DNA of 64,000 bases from Minisyncoccia bacterium (GCA_038249055.1 JBBRWS010000004.1:17939-81938), one strand, 5' to 3'. Shown: positions 1-10,029, numbered from the stretch's first letter. Program-made: numbers and translations. Notes: a model not told the origin generated them from the letters alone.

Positions 1-272
1 GTGGAATCAGTGATATTTATATTATTTCTGGTATCTTATGGAAAAGAATTTCTTTAGGTATGCCATTGCAAGTTGATGTTGCTAAATCTACTTATGATAC
101 AAAAGGGCTTCCTTCTAATCCCATTAATAATCCAGGCTTGTTAGCAATAAAAGCCGCAATAGAACCACTAGATTCCTCTTATCTATATTATCTTCATGAT
201 AAAAATGGTAAAGTACATTATGCAGTAACATATGAGGAGCATAAGCGAAATATAGATAATTATCTTAGATAA
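1..272 (+). CDS. mltG: MltG/YceG-family endolytic murein transglycosylase, C-terminal part (5' end lies outside the window)
   Basis: Frame is open from nt 3. The translation ...WKRISLGMPLQVDVA...LPSNPINNPGL...YLYYLHD..GKVHYAVTYEEHKRN matches the conserved MltG C-terminus. Confidence 0.6.
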   Translation, partial: GISDIYIISGILWKRISLGMPLQVDVAKSTYDTKGLPSNPINNPGLLAIKAAIEPLDSSYLYYLHDKNGKVHYAVTYEEHKRNIDNYLR

Positions 273-294
273 TCACTGCCTCTGGCGGATATAT

Positions 295-1179
295 ATGATT
301 TTAAAAACAATAAAACAAAAAGAATATGAGTTGCTTGATTCAGGAAATGGAGAAAAATTGGAAAGATATGGTCCATATATTTTGAGACGCCCAGATCCGG
401 AGGCTTTATGGGAAAAAAGAAAAGATTTTTTATATTGGGATAAAGCGGAATTACAATTTGTTCGTAATAATAATAAAACTAAATGGATTGCAAAAGAGGG
501 TACTTCTAGAAATTGGAATATAGAATTTGGAGGTTTAAATTTCTCAATTCGTCCTACGTCTTTTAAACACACAGGTCTTTTTCCTGAGCAACTTCCAAAT
601 TGGAAATGGACAGAAAAGATAATTATTAATTACAAATTACTAATTAATAATGCAGAAAAGAAACCCAGTGTTTTAAATTTATTTGGATATACTGGTGGTG
701 CAACTTTAGCATGCGCAAAAGCAGGAGCAGAAGTTTGCCATGTTGATGGTTCAAAAACTGCAGTTGAATGGGCGCGAATTAATGCTCAACTTTCAGGACT
801 AGAAGATGCTCCAATAAGATGGATAGTGGATGATGTTTTAATGTTTCTAAAAAGAGAAATAAAAAGAGGAAGAAAATATGACGCGATAATAATGGACCCG
901 CCATCTTTTGGTCATGGACCAAAGGATGAGCTTTGGAAAATTGAAGAACATTTTTTAGTGTTAATGAAATTATGTAAAGAAGTTTTGTCCGATGATCCTT
1001 TGTTTGTTATTATAAATGGCTATACGGCAGGATATTCATCAATAGCTTATGAAAACAATTTAAAGGATATAATGAAAGAATATAAGGGTGAAATCGAAAA
1101 AGGAGAACTTGTGATTGAAGAAAGTGAAGGAGACAGACTTCTTCCTTGTGGTATATTTGCACGATGGAGTAAGAATTAG
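295..1179 (+). CDS. class I SAM-dependent RNA methyltransferase, RlmI/RlmK-like (PF10672-type)
   Basis: FGYTGGATLACAKAGAEVCHVDGS...WIVDDVLMFLK...YDAIIMDPPSFG resembles the RlmI Rossmann motifs (Gly-rich loop, DPP(K/S)F). Confidence 0.65.
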   Translation: MILKTIKQKEYELLDSGNGEKLERYGPYILRRPDPEALWEKRKDFLYWDKAELQFVRNNNKTKWIAKEGTSRNWNIEFGGLNFSIRPTSFKHTGLFPEQLPNWKWTEKIIINYKLLINNAEKKPSVLNLFGYTGGATLACAKAGAEVCHVDGSKTAVEWARINAQLSGLEDAPIRWIVDDVLMFLKREIKRGRKYDAIIMDPPSFGHGPKDELWKIEEHFLVLMKLCKEVLSDDPLFVIINGYTAGYSSIAYENNLKDIMKEYKGEIEKGELVIEESEGDRLLPCGIFARWSKN

Positions 1180-1224
1180 AAATTATAAAATAAGTTATAT
1201 TAAAATTTAATAAACTCTTCTCGA

Positions 1225-1306
1225 AATCCGCACATAATTTTCTGTTGAAAATTTGTTATGCTCAGACCGACGTCTTCCGCAATGCATTTCTCAAAGATTT
1301 ATTAAA
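1225..1306 (+). promoter_or_regulatory. conserved structured intergenic motif, copy 1 (hairpin AGAC-cgac-GTCT at 1264-1275), upstream of mnmA
   Basis: About 85% identical to 15170-15246. The flanks tgctc / tccgcaatg are conserved and the 4-bp stem changes compensatorily between copies. Confidence 0.5.
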
Positions 1307-1368
1307 TTTTAATTTCAAAAAGAGCTTATTTTTTGAAGTAATTACCTAACTTTACATATTATAGAATT

Positions 1369-2442
1369 ATGATTAAAAATAAAAAAACTATATTTGTTGG
1401 AGTATCAGGCGGAGTAGATTCGTCTGTTTCTGCTGCTATTTTAAAAAACCAAGGATATAATGTTGTTGGAGTTTTTATTCGTACTTGGACGCCAGATTTT
1501 ATAAAATGTACATGGCAGGATGAACGTCGTGATGCAATGAGGGTTTGTGCTCATTTGGGAATTCCATTTTTAGAATGTGATGCTGAAAATGAATATAAAA
1601 AAGGAGTTGCAGATTATATGATAGAAGAATACAAAAAAGGTAATACTCCTAATCCAGACGTAATGTGCAATAGAGAAGTAAAGTTTGGAGTTTTCTGGAA
1701 TTTTGCTAAAGAGCGGGGAGCTGATTATATTGCAACTGGTCATTATGCTATAAATAATTATGAATTAAAAATCAAGAATTTCGAATTAAATAAAGGGAAA
1801 GATGAATCTAAGGACCAATCATATTTTCTTTTGACACTTACTCAAAACGATTTGATTCACATTTTATTTCCAATTGGGCACTTAGAAAAAAAAGAAGTTC
1901 GTAAAATGGCTAAAAAATTTTGTATTCCGGTAGCAACCAAAAAAGATAGTCAAGGTGTTTGTTTTTTGGGTCCACTTGATATGAAAGATTTTTTAAGTCA
2001 TTATATTGAGACTAAAATCGGTAATGTTTTAAATAGTAATGGGGAAGTAATAGGAAGTCATAGTGGTGCAGTTTTTTTTACACTTGGAGAAAGACATGGA
2101 TTTAATCTCAATAAACTCGCTAAAAGTGACAAACCCCTATATGTAATATCAAAAGATGTTGAAAATAATACTATTACAGTCTCAGATGATATTTTAAATA
2201 ATAATACAAAATTAATTCAATATAATTTAATCAATACAAATTGGATAACTTTTATACCATTAGAAAATAAAATATATGATGCACAGATTCGATATCATGG
2301 AGAATTAATTAAATGTAAAATAGATATCCTAGAAAATAATAAAGCATTAATTAATTTTGATAAGGCAATATTAGTTTCAAAAGGTCAGTCAGTTGTGCTC
2401 TATGATAATGATGTTTGTCTTGGAGGTGGTGTAGTAATTTAA
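1369..2442 (+). CDS. mnmA: tRNA-specific 2-thiouridylase MnmA
   Basis: PP-loop SGGVDSSV is present, together with the C..KF...A...GADYIATGHYA motifs. Confidence 0.9.
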   Translation: MIKNKKTIFVGVSGGVDSSVSAAILKNQGYNVVGVFIRTWTPDFIKCTWQDERRDAMRVCAHLGIPFLECDAENEYKKGVADYMIEEYKKGNTPNPDVMCNREVKFGVFWNFAKERGADYIATGHYAINNYELKIKNFELNKGKDESKDQSYFLLTLTQNDLIHILFPIGHLEKKEVRKMAKKFCIPVATKKDSQGVCFLGPLDMKDFLSHYIETKIGNVLNSNGEVIGSHSGAVFFTLGERHGFNLNKLAKSDKPLYVISKDVENNTITVSDDILNNNTKLIQYNLINTNWITFIPLENKIYDAQIRYHGELIKCKIDILENNKALINFDKAILVSKGQSVVLYDNDVCLGGGVVI

Positions 2443-2511
2443 ATAATTTGATATATAGATTACTATAGAACAACGGCATTCGGACATTAAGTAAATTAAA
2501 GATTACTTTAT

Positions 2512-3030
2512 TTGCTTATGCTCCTTACTTGTTGTTATAATACAAATATGGAAAATATTTTTGATGCAGTAACAATTGATATTATGGTTCGTCTTTCAGT
2601 GGCATTATTATTGGGTATGATTATAGGTACTGAACGAGTTTGGGCACATAAAACAGCTGGGATGCGTACATACGCACTGGTTTCTATGGGGGCAGCACTA
2701 TTTATTATAATTTCAGAAATGGTAGGAATTAAATATATTAATATAGGTGTCTTTGATCCTACGAGAATAGCTGCTCAAGTTATAATGGGAGTTGGCTTTC
2801 TTGGTACTGGTTTGATTTTTTCTAAAGAATCAAAATTAATTGGTCTAACTACAGCTACTGGTTTATGGGTTTCAGCAGGTATTGGAATGGCATCTGGATT
2901 TAAACTCTACGGTGTTGCTATTATTGCGACAACATTCACTTTATTTATTTTTGTTGTTTTATGGTATTTAGAAGAGCAATTAAAAAAATCTAAATATTTT
3001 AAAAGCAGAGAGCCATTAGATAATATTTAA
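2512..3030 (+). CDS. MgtC/SapB family membrane protein (start probably at M-ENIFDAV, nt 2548)
   Basis: RLSVALLLGMIIGTERVWAHKTAGMRTYALVSMGAALF is the MgtC signature. Confidence 0.7.
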   Translation: MLMLLTCCYNTNMENIFDAVTIDIMVRLSVALLLGMIIGTERVWAHKTAGMRTYALVSMGAALFIIISEMVGIKYINIGVFDPTRIAAQVIMGVGFLGTGLIFSKESKLIGLTTATGLWVSAGIGMASGFKLYGVAIIATTFTLFIFVVLWYLEEQLKKSKYFKSREPLDNI

Positions 3031-3035
3031 AAAAA

Positions 3036-3066
3036 AGACCTTCATTCTAATGTGAAGGTCTTTTTA
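3036..3066 (+). terminator. rho-independent terminator after the MgtC-like gene
   Basis: Stem gaccttca / tgaaggtc followed by a T run. Confidence 0.75.
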
Positions 3067-3218
3067 AATTTAAGATTTTGTTGTACTATATAAAAATACG
3101 ACCCCACTTTAGTCTGCAATTGCGGAATACGGGGTTTAAATTATTAAAATTATAAAGATAAATTAAGTAGGTTTGGTTTGTATCTAAATGATAATAATCA
3201 TAACCTGCTTCTAATCGG

Positions 3219-5090
3219 ATGCAATCAAATGAAATTCGTGAAAAATTTCTCAAATTTTTTGAAAATAGAGAACATAAAATAATACCTTCAGCTTCTCTTA
3301 TTCCTGAAAATGATCCTTCAGTTCTTTTTAATACCGCAGGAATGCAACCCATAGTTCCTTATCTATTAGGACAGAAGCATCCTATGGGAACTCGCCTAGT
3401 TGATTCACAAAAATGTGTCAGAACTAATGATATTGATGAAGTTGGAGATAATCGACATCTTACTTTTTTTGAAATGCTTGGAAATTGGTCATTAGGAGAT
3501 TATTTTAAAGAGGATGCTATAAAATGGAGCTATGAATTTTTGACTGACAAAGAAGAAGGGCTTGGTCTAGATATAAATAGAATTTATGTAACTGTTTTTG
3601 AGGGAAATGAAGATGCCCCTAGAGACACTAATGCTGCAAGTATTTGGGTTAAATATTTACCTGAAAACCGAATATATTTTATGCCCGCAAAAAATAATTG
3701 GTGGAGTGCAGGGGATAATGGTCCTTGTGGTGCTGATACTGAAATATTTTATGACCCAAACGAGAAAGCTATTGGTGATATTACCCATGATGAATTTGTG
3801 AAAGCAGATGATGAAGGTATAATTATTGAAATATGGAATAATGTTTTTATGGAATATGAGAAAAAAAATGGAAAAGTTATTGGAAAACTTTTAAAACATA
3901 ATGTAGATACTGGAATGGGATTTGAAAGAATAACTATGGTTAAACAGGGGAAGAAAACTGTTTTTGAAACTGATTTATTTAGTTCTATAATTTCAAAAAT
4001 TGAAGAGTCTTCAGGAAAAAAATACGGAGAGAAAACAGATGAAGAGTATATTATAAATGGAGAGGAGTTTTTTGTGGATACTAGAAAAATGATGAGAATA
4101 GTAGCTGATCATTTACGTTCGAGCGTTTTTATAATAGCTGATGGTGGTACACCTTCTAATTCTGGAAGTGGTTATGTTATCAGACGTATACTTCGAAGAG
4201 TTATAAGATTTTCAGACAAATTGGAATTTAAAAAAGGTAGTCTATTGGAAATTATAGATTTAATAATTGAAAAATATAAAATAGCATATCCAGAAATAGA
4301 AAAAAATAAAAATTTTATTAAAAATGAAATTATAAATGAGGAATTAAAGTTTCGTCAAACACTTGAGAATGGGTTAAAGGTAATCGAAAAATCTATGACA
4401 GCAATGGAGGTAACTTCTACTGGTGAAAATATTTCTGGAAAAATTAAAGAAATTTTATCTGGTGAAGTTGCCTTTGATTTATATCAAAGTCATGGATTTC
4501 CTATTGAACTTACAATAGAAGAAGCGAAATCAAGAGGAATGTCCGTCGATTTGGATGCTTATAATATTAAAATGAAGGAGCATCAAATACTTTCTCAAAC
4601 TTCTTCTGCAGGTATGTTTAAAGGAGGTCTTTCTAATCATAGTGAAAAGACTATTCGTTTACATACTGCACATCACTTGCTTTTAGCTGCTCTTCAAGAA
4701 ATAGTAAGTAAAGATATAAAACAGAAAGGAAGTAATATTACCGAAGAACGTTTAAGAATAGATTTTACTTGTGATCATAAGCTAACTGATGAAGAAAAGA
4801 ATTCAGTCGAAAATTGGGTAAATGATAAAATAAATAGAAACCTAAATGTTATTCGTCGTGAAATGCCATTAGTAGAAGCAGAAAAGATAGGAGCTCAAAT
4901 GGAATTTGGTGCAAAATATCCTGAAATCGTTTCTATTTATTTTGTAGAAGATGAAAATGGCAATACAGTATCTAAAGAATTCTGCGGAGGACCTCATGTT
5001 TCAAAGACAAAAGAACTTGGTCGATTTAAGATTCAAAAAGAAGAAGCTAGTTCTCAAGGGGTACGACGAATTAAGGCAATTTTAGAATAA
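3219..5090 (+). CDS. alaS: alanyl-tRNA synthetase, short form (623 aa, no C-Ala domain)
   Basis: LFNTAGMQP and FEMLGNWSLGDYFK motifs; an editing-domain HxxxH (HTAHHLL) and FCGGPHV are present. Confidence 0.85.
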   Translation: MQSNEIREKFLKFFENREHKIIPSASLIPENDPSVLFNTAGMQPIVPYLLGQKHPMGTRLVDSQKCVRTNDIDEVGDNRHLTFFEMLGNWSLGDYFKEDAIKWSYEFLTDKEEGLGLDINRIYVTVFEGNEDAPRDTNAASIWVKYLPENRIYFMPAKNNWWSAGDNGPCGADTEIFYDPNEKAIGDITHDEFVKADDEGIIIEIWNNVFMEYEKKNGKVIGKLLKHNVDTGMGFERITMVKQGKKTVFETDLFSSIISKIEESSGKKYGEKTDEEYIINGEEFFVDTRKMMRIVADHLRSSVFIIADGGTPSNSGSGYVIRRILRRVIRFSDKLEFKKGSLLEIIDLIIEKYKIAYPEIEKNKNFIKNEIINEELKFRQTLENGLKVIEKSMTAMEVTSTGENISGKIKEILSGEVAFDLYQSHGFPIELTIEEAKSRGMSVDLDAYNIKMKEHQILSQTSSAGMFKGGLSNHSEKTIRLHTAHHLLLAALQEIVSKDIKQKGSNITEERLRIDFTCDHKLTDEEKNSVENWVNDKINRNLNVIRREMPLVEAEKIGAQMEFGAKYPEIVSIYFVEDENGNTVSKEFCGGPHVSKTKELGRFKIQKEEASSQGVRRIKAILE

Positions 5091-5132
5091 AATGATACAA
5101 TATAAATATATAAATTAATTTTTAAACACTAT

Positions 5133-5693
5133 ATGAAAAAAGATAAGGGTTTAGCACCATTAGTTATAGTTGCAATATTAGCAGGAGTTATAATTGTAGT
5201 TGTAGGTATTTTTTATTTATTAAAAAATAAAAATCCAAGTGAAAATATTTCTATTAATCCAGAAGTTCAAATTCCTGTAGAAAATAAACAGATAAAAAAA
5301 ATTGAGATTTGTAAAGAAGAATCACCTTCAACGGTTACACTTATTTCACCAAATGGAGGAGAAGTTTATAAGGCAGGGGAGAAAATATCTGTTAAATGGG
5401 AAAATTGTAATAATAAAAGTCCAGTTTCTATAACATTAATGAAACAAAAACCAGCAACCCTTTACACTGAAGATGAAAAAAATGTAGTTGCAGTATTTAA
5501 GTTGGATGAAGAAGTAAAAGAAGATCAAAATATTAGTCCTAGAGAAGTTACTTTGCCCGTCTTTGATCAAAATTTACAATCAGGAGAGTATTATTTTATT
5601 TCTTTATCTAGTAAAAGTGACAAAGAAAATGTAGGGCCTAGTTATAATCTTAGAGATTATTCTGATAAATTATTCACAATTAATTTAAATTAA
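5133..5693 (+). CDS. hypothetical N-terminally membrane-anchored protein with a beta-sandwich-like extracellular domain
   Basis: An N-terminal TM helix, then GGEVYKAGEKISVKW-like repeat content. No recognisable enzyme motif. Confidence 0.45.
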   Translation: MKKDKGLAPLVIVAILAGVIIVVVGIFYLLKNKNPSENISINPEVQIPVENKQIKKIEICKEESPSTVTLISPNGGEVYKAGEKISVKWENCNNKSPVSITLMKQKPATLYTEDEKNVVAVFKLDEEVKEDQNISPREVTLPVFDQNLQSGEYYFISLSSKSDKENVGPSYNLRDYSDKLFTINLN

Positions 5694-5721
5694 AAAAATA
5701 AATACAAATATGTCTGAAATA

Positions 5722-5756
5722 AGCACTCCCTTATAGATATTATATGGGAGTGCTTT
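5722..5756 (+). terminator. terminator-like hairpin (agcactccc / gggagtgct)
   Basis: A 9-bp stem with a 14-nt loop and a weak T tail. Confidence 0.45.
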
Positions 5757-5761
5757 ACATA

Positions 5762-5790
5762 TTGACAATATGTGTTATTAATGATATACT
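5762..5790 (+). promoter_or_regulatory. sigma70-like promoter TTGACA-17-TATACT
   Basis: Near-consensus hexamers about 85 nt upstream of the 5877 CDS. Confidence 0.55.
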
Positions 5791-5876
5791 TAAACTAATG
5801 TAAATATTTCCTGTACCATTCTTGTAGTGAGATTGGAGGGATAAAAAAATTTTCTAATCATCTAAAACTTAAACAG

Positions 5877-6806
5877 ATGAAAAAGATTTTTGTATTGTTC
5901 GTTGTCATGGTTTTGTTAATCACAGTGCCTTCTTGTCAAAAAGAAGAAATCCTTATTAGTGACGTACAAATTGAGGCCATAAAGGCTCAATTGGTTGCTA
6001 CTCCAACTCTTTCAAAAGAAGAGGTTGAAACTGTATTGTCTAGTCAAAAACTTAAATCCGCTTCTCTTAACGAAGAAGAAACTCTGGTTCAGGTTTTAGA
6101 TTTGGATGAACGGACCTTCGAGGTGAACGATCAGTTTGCAATCAAAAATTTAGTTTATATGGAATTTGGGCAAAATGGTAATTTGTTAAAACTCATTACC
6201 ATCCGTCAAATATTCGATGTAAATAACGGTAACATTGATGTAAATTCATATTCAATTGAGTATGAAATCGGGTGTAGTTATTCAAGAAATTTCCAATTAG
6301 GTGTTCAAGGAAATGTAAATCAAATTACTTTCTTTTTACATTTTAAAAACGGAAAGCAACTTGCTTTTTATGGAAACGGGAATAATAATATTACACTCTT
6401 ACCAATTGCACGTGCAAGCTGGCAACTGCTTGTAAATTATTACGATAATATTTTACAACAGCAGTACTTAACTGATTTGATTAATTTCTATGATCAATCC
6501 AACGTTATAAATTTAAGATTAGAACTGAAAAGTAAGAATCTTAAGTCTACCGTTAAATTTGACCGAAATTTAATTGAAGGAGCATACAACGTTCAACTTG
6601 GTGGATTCGATGCATCTGGAAATTACAGGTATATGAGTTATCAAGTTATGTATGACTCGTCTATGCCGGAAAAAATTTCCTTTGAAGCATATTTTGACAT
6701 TCAAGATGTAAATATTTGTGGGACCAATGGTTGCTATGGATATTCTACCAAGGATTCAAAATACACTGTTTATAATGCAGATGGTACTATTTTGTACAGT
6801 CTGTAG
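5877..6806 (+). CDS. hypothetical secreted protein / lipoprotein
   Basis: Signal peptide MKKIFVLFVVMVLLITVPSC followed by a Cys. No catalytic motifs. Confidence 0.5.
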   Translation: MKKIFVLFVVMVLLITVPSCQKEEILISDVQIEAIKAQLVATPTLSKEEVETVLSSQKLKSASLNEEETLVQVLDLDERTFEVNDQFAIKNLVYMEFGQNGNLLKLITIRQIFDVNNGNIDVNSYSIEYEIGCSYSRNFQLGVQGNVNQITFFLHFKNGKQLAFYGNGNNNITLLPIARASWQLLVNYYDNILQQQYLTDLINFYDQSNVINLRLELKSKNLKSTVKFDRNLIEGAYNVQLGGFDASGNYRYMSYQVMYDSSMPEKISFEAYFDIQDVNICGTNGCYGYSTKDSKYTVYNADGTILYSL

Positions 6807-6855
6807 GATAGATTAACCCTCTAAATTTATCAAACAAAGTTTGGTAAATAATATA

Positions 6856-6890
6856 TAAAAAAGCCCGACTTGTTCGGTGCTTTTTTTTAT
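6856..6890 (+). terminator. putative terminator (imperfect GC stem plus T8)
   Basis: aagcccgacttgttcggtgcttttttttat. Confidence 0.45.
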
Positions 6891-6913
6891 ATTTATAGTA
6901 TAATGAACTCACT

Positions 6914-8098
6914 ATGGGATTTTTATTTTCATCACAAAAAAAAGAAAAGCTAATCGCTATTTTTGATATTGGTTCAGGAAGTGTTGGTGGTGCTATGGTT
7001 CGTATGCCAATAGATGGAAATGGTGTTCCCATAATAATAAAATCTGTTCGTGGTAATGAGATTAAGTTTCGTAAGGATTTTGACTTCAATTCATTATTGA
7101 AAGATATGACCTCATCACTTTATCTGACTGCAAATTCATTATATGAAAAAAAAATTGGTGCACCTGATGAAATATATTGTGTGATGGCTTCTCCTTGGTA
7201 TTTATTTGAAACAAAAATTATAAAAATGTCTAGAAATAATTCATTTATTTTTACTAAACGTTTAGCAAATGAATTAATTCAAAAAGAAATATCTAGTCTT
7301 ACTGAAATTTATAAAACTAAATATGGTACCTTAGAAGGTTCTCCGGAAATAATAGAACAAAATACAATAAAAGTAGCTTTAAATGGGTATAATATTAAAG
7401 ACCCAATTGGTAAAAAATGTAAATCACTTGAGATGGATATGTTGATATCTTTAGCACCAGAATTATGTCTCAATAAAATACGTGAGACTTTATCAAAAAT
7501 TTTTCATCACACAAGCGTTCGTTTTTCATCTTTCACAATGGCTACTTATTTAGCAATTAGGGATAAATACGTAAAGGACGATTCGTATTTGTTACTTGAT
7601 ATTAGTGGTGAGATTACTGATGTGGGAATAGTTTCAAAAGGTATTTTAAAGGCCGTGCTATCTTTTCCTTTTGGTAAGAAAACTTTTTTTAATCAAATTT
7701 GTTCTAAGTTAGATATTGAATTACGCGATGCAAAAGAATTATTCAAATTATATAGTAGTGATAATCTTTCTCCAGATTTTAAGAAAAAAGTAATACCCGT
7801 TTTTAAATCCATTGAAAATTCTTGGAATGAATCATTCCGTCAATGTATAGGTACACTACCAAGAACACTTTTTTTACCCGATACTATATTTTTAACAGCA
7901 GATAATGATATTAAAAATTGGTTTGCTGAAGTTCTTCGTAATGAGGAATTTATTCAACCAAAAGTTTTTGATAATAAGTTCACAGTTATAACAATAGAAG
8001 GACCTGAGTTTTTGAATATGTGTGATATTGATGGCGGAACTTGTGATCCTTTTATAATGATTGAAGCAATTTCTATAATGAGAAAAATGGGTAAGTAA
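6914..8098 (+). CDS. actin-like ATPase, FtsA/PilM family
   Basis: Phosphate-1 motif IAIFDIGSGSVGG and adenosine motif LLLDISGEITDVGIV...FPFG. Confidence 0.6.
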   Translation: MGFLFSSQKKEKLIAIFDIGSGSVGGAMVRMPIDGNGVPIIIKSVRGNEIKFRKDFDFNSLLKDMTSSLYLTANSLYEKKIGAPDEIYCVMASPWYLFETKIIKMSRNNSFIFTKRLANELIQKEISSLTEIYKTKYGTLEGSPEIIEQNTIKVALNGYNIKDPIGKKCKSLEMDMLISLAPELCLNKIRETLSKIFHHTSVRFSSFTMATYLAIRDKYVKDDSYLLLDISGEITDVGIVSKGILKAVLSFPFGKKTFFNQICSKLDIELRDAKELFKLYSSDNLSPDFKKKVIPVFKSIENSWNESFRQCIGTLPRTLFLPDTIFLTADNDIKNWFAEVLRNEEFIQPKVFDNKFTVITIEGPEFLNMCDIDGGTCDPFIMIEAISIMRKMGK

Positions 8099-8100
8099 TT

Positions 8101-9456
8101 ATGGCGAGAATTATTTTAGAAGATATAAAATTAAATAAGAGACATAATATTATCTTAAAAAAAGAAGATGTTCCTTTTGTAAGTGAGTCAATTCCAAAAA
8201 AAGAAATTATACCAGAAGTTCCCAAAGAATCTAAAATAGATGAATATTTTAAATTTAAATCATATGAAAAGCAGAGATTACAAAGAACACCGCAAATTAA
8301 AAAAAGTAATAATGGATTTAATAAAGTAATTTTATTTATTTTTATATTATCACTTGTTGCTGGTTTAGTATATTGGGGTGGAATATTATTCCAAAAAGTA
8401 GATATAAATATTAGTTCAAAACACCAACCCATATCATATAATAATAAACAGTTTATTTCCCTAAAGGATTCAAATGGAGAAACTGATAATTTTATGATTA
8501 TGATTTATTCAGATAAGAAATCTAAAACAGTTACCTTAACTGAACCTAAGGAAGTTTCTGTTAACTCAACTGGAAGTATCACTTTATATAATGAGTTTAG
8601 TAATAATCCCCAAAAACTATTAGCAGGTACTTTCATTGCTGATAATGAAGGTAAAACTTATAAAATGGATGATACTGTTACTATACCAGGATATAAGATG
8701 GATAATAATAAATTAATCCCAGGTCAGATTGTTGCCAATATTAGCTCATTTCTTCCTGGGGAAGCTTATAATGGTTCACCAAAAGATTTTTTTATAACTT
8801 CATTTAAAGGAACATCTAAATATAATAAAATTTATGGTAAGTTAAAAAGTCCATTAGAAGGAGGTGCGGCTGGTCTAGTATATACACCGAGTGTTTCTGA
8901 TATTCGTATTATAGACAATATAGCTAAAACATCTTTTAAAGATGACTTATATAAAAAGGTTCAGGCTTCTGTTTACCCGGGATATATTTTATATCCAAAC
9001 GCAATGACCTTTTCATATAAAATAGGTAATAATATTTTTTCAAAAACACCAGAGACTGCGATTATGATAGAAGGAGTTTTATCAGTTGTTTTATTAAAAG
9101 AAAAAAATTTAATGGATAATATAATAAAAGTTTCATTACCACAAATTAAAGGAGAAGAACTGAAGGAGATTAAAATAGATGGCATGAATAATCTATCTTT
9201 TAATTTTACAAATAAAGATCAATTAATAACAAAAGATATAAATTCTATCTCATTTAATTTAACAGGGAATATAGATGCAATTTGGAATCCAGATGTAGAG
9301 ATTCTTAAAACAAAATTAATTGGAATTAATAAAAATGAAGTATTGTCTATCTTTAGACAAGATCCTGGAATATCATCTGCCTTAGTTAAAATTTTCCCTC
9401 CATGGCAAAAATATATTCCTAATGATATATCTAAAATTAATATATTTGTAAAATAA
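8101..9456 (+). CDS. hypothetical single-pass membrane protein with a large extracytoplasmic domain
   Basis: A TM helix at about residues 76-97 (VILFIFILSLVAGLVYWGGILF). It is tightly coupled to the upstream actin-like gene (2-nt gap). Confidence 0.45.
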   Translation: MARIILEDIKLNKRHNIILKKEDVPFVSESIPKKEIIPEVPKESKIDEYFKFKSYEKQRLQRTPQIKKSNNGFNKVILFIFILSLVAGLVYWGGILFQKVDINISSKHQPISYNNKQFISLKDSNGETDNFMIMIYSDKKSKTVTLTEPKEVSVNSTGSITLYNEFSNNPQKLLAGTFIADNEGKTYKMDDTVTIPGYKMDNNKLIPGQIVANISSFLPGEAYNGSPKDFFITSFKGTSKYNKIYGKLKSPLEGGAAGLVYTPSVSDIRIIDNIAKTSFKDDLYKKVQASVYPGYILYPNAMTFSYKIGNNIFSKTPETAIMIEGVLSVVLLKEKNLMDNIIKVSLPQIKGEELKEIKIDGMNNLSFNFTNKDQLITKDINSISFNLTGNIDAIWNPDVEILKTKLIGINKNEVLSIFRQDPGISSALVKIFPPWQKYIPNDISKINIFVK

Positions 9457-9551
9457 TAAACTAAGATAAATATTTTTTACGTAAATTTAAGGCATTATAA
9501 AAATAATTTTTAAGAAGAGCATATTAATAATTTAAATTTTATGCAAAAAGG

Positions 9552-9580
9552 TTGACTAAAAATTAATTATTTGTTATATT
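9552..9580 (+). promoter_or_regulatory. sigma70-like promoter TTGACT-17-TATATT upstream of infA
   Basis: Read directly from the sequence. Confidence 0.5.
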
Positions 9581-9592
9581 AATCAAGCATTA

Positions 9593-9808
9593 ATGAATCA
9601 AAAAGACGACAAAAACACTGTTATGGGAATAGTTACGGAAGCACTTCCTAACACACTTTTTCGCGTAGATACTGGGGATGGTAAAATTGTTCTCTCTTAT
9701 CTTGCTGGGAAAATGCGTATGCACAGAATAAAGGTATTAGTAGGAGATAAGGTTGAAGTTCTTTTAGATCCTTATGGTGGTAAAGGGAGGATTATAAAAA
9801 GAAATTAG
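9593..9808 (+). CDS. infA: translation initiation factor IF-1
   Basis: ALPNTLFRV...GKMRMHRIKVLVGDKV...GKGRII is the S1-like IF-1 signature. Confidence 0.9.
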   Translation: MNQKDDKNTVMGIVTEALPNTLFRVDTGDGKIVLSYLAGKMRMHRIKVLVGDKVEVLLDPYGGKGRIIKRN

Positions 9809-9912
9809 CCTTGCTTATTTTATTAAATTAGTGTAATATGAAAAGACATATGCTTATGTAATAAAAATACAGGGTAAAAGCCCTATATTTTTCTTTAGCA
9901 TTTAGATGAAAT

Positions 9913-10023
9913 ATGAAAATCAAATCTGCAGTAAAAAAAATTTGTACAAAATGTAAACTGATCAAGCGAAGCGGTCATCTTCGTGTTATTTGTGATAATC
10001 CTAAGCATAAACAAAAACAATAA
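9913..10023 (+). CDS. rpmJ: 50S ribosomal protein L36 (36 aa; below the ORF-track size cutoff)
   Basis: Manual translation gives [36 protein letters not shown], with the zinc-ribbon Cys/His pattern of L36. Confidence 0.85.
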   Translation: MKIKSAVKKICTKCKLIKRSGHLRVICDNPKHKQKQ

Positions 10024-10029
10024 TTTTAT

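Noticed and set aside
273-572. Antisense or overlapping ORFs in the six-frame track (273-572, 3086-3352, 6787-7089, 8073-8432, 8973-9185, 10464-10832, 10732-11037, 13073-13389, 16126-16362, 16770-16997, 17488-17975, 21068-21295, 25273-25509, 29091-29276, 31821-32210, 32937-33218, 33938-34171, 36454-36642, 38300-38570, 42747-42935, 43150-43383, 45258-45497, 49481-49998, 51338-51616, 52028-52210, 55907-56425, 59359-59580, 60005-60305, 60905-61090 and similar).
   Set aside because: Each lies inside or antisense to a well-supported conserved gene, or overlaps the tRNA. AT-rich sequence produces such open frames by chance, and none has recognisable motifs.
3068-3218. T-box or other riboswitch upstream of alaS (hairpin ccccactttagtctgcaattgcggaatacgggg).
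   Set aside because: There is no T-box consensus (GGTGGNACCGCG) and no antiterminator/terminator alternative. It is treated as an ordinary leader.
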